A stretch of DNA of 36,027 bases from Saprolegnia diclina VS20 (taxonomy: Eukaryota). This document shows positions 35,191 to 36,027 of this stretch, piece by piece. Every line of letters starts with the position of its first letter. Positions within the stretch are counted from its first letter, which is position 1. The stretch lies in contig NW_008246108.1 in assembly GCF_000281045.1 (NCBI RefSeq), positions 310,197 to 346,223 of the forward strand, in the 5' to 3' direction. The notes beneath the pieces are model-generated. The model worked only from the letters and a program-made list of their open reading frames with translations. It was not told where the DNA came from and did no database searches. A program made the translations under genes and the position numbers.

Positions 35191-36027
35191 CTCTCGACGC
35201 TCGTACAGGCTCGCCAAGCGGGCCGAAAGGCAATACACAAAGCACCATGTGACGACGAAGGCGAGGACACCAAGGCGATCTTGGATGCATCCACGCCGAT
35301 GCTCTTGTCGATTTGTGTCGTTCGCTTTGAAAATGGCACCGAACGTCGCATCTCGCCGCTGTCGGCGCTGGCCAACGGCATGCAGCAGTTTCCCGACACG
35401 ATTGCGTTGACGCTCATGGCCAAGTGCGATGCGTTTGGCGCACCGGTCATGCACCGCCACAATGAGATGGAGGCTGACAGAGGCATGCTGGCGCACCTCG
35501 GCGCGTGCATCGAGCACTGCGCCAAGACAGAGATCCTCTCGCGCGACCACGTCATGAGCTTTTTTTCTACGAAGAAGGCTGCACTTATTTTCTACAACAT
35601 GTGCTCGATGGTCAACGACGCCAAGGACCTCACGCTGTACCTCGACACCATCTGCCGGCAGACGCTGCTGCTCGACTCGATTCCTGAGTGCCGCACGGTT
35701 TCGTCCAAAGCCCGTGGTATGCTCGTCAAGGGCCAGAGCCACTTCCCGCACCTTGTGGAGAGGTTCGTCGTGGCGCTCGAAGATGCCCTTTGCAACGCAC
35801 TGTCCGAGGTCCGCCGCGCGGCCGGTGATACGTTGGATGTCTTCCATAAGAGTATGGACTACCGCTCGATCGACGAGCTCACTCCACGCCTCCTCAAGCG
35901 TATCACGTCGGTAGACGACCTCGTCCAAGAGTGCTCAAGGTCAAATCACGCAAGGTGCTTCCGTAGGTACCTCGCGCCACGCCTGCTCACGACGCCAACG
36001 GCCTTGGCCAACGTTCACGCAATCATG
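35191..36027 (+). CDS. Hypothetical protein, partial (runs off the window end; upstream exons unresolved)
   Basis: A 279-codon open frame follows an acceptor-like CTAG at 35187-35190 and has no stop before the window end, so the ORF track omits it. Codons are C/G-ending (DDEGEDTKAILDASTPMLLSICVVRFENG...). Confidence 0.6.

Noticed and set aside
34828..35928. 366-aa minus-strand ORF
   Set aside because: Antisense shadow of the open plus-strand frame 35191-36027, which has natural codon usage.

Overview
Eukaryotic, GC-rich, gene-dense window with many short (~40-50 nt) GT-AG introns, typically with GTACG donors. The gene content (START-like+FYVE protein, ricin-B lectin, LRR-TKL receptor kinase, GH6) points to an oomycete, most likely Saprolegniales (inference). 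Most ORF-track entries are exon fragments or antisense shadows. I can support about 13 protein genes: START-like/FYVE; a large PHD/ePHD chromatin reader; a multi-pass membrane protein; a ~7 kb secreted Gly-rich/GH43-like/EF-hand gene; an elicitin-like+ricin-B lectin; an LRR-TKL kinase; OLA1/YchF; a PNRC-motif protein; a GH6 cellulase; a purple acid phosphatase; a 103-aa unknown; a 15-repeat ankyrin protein; and a partial unknown at the 3' edge. Two near-identical U1 snRNA-like copies lie 21 kb apart, one at the window start and one abutting a 100-N gap. There are no prokaryotic features such as CRISPR arrays or IS elements. The most interesting items are the giant GH43-like/EF-hand fusion, the dispersed U1 copies with a hairpin cluster before the gap, the in-frame TGA inside the FYVE finger, the elicitin-ricin fusion, and the PNRC-like gene absent from the ORF track. 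All domain calls come from motif recognition by eye, not database searches, and exon boundaries are manual.
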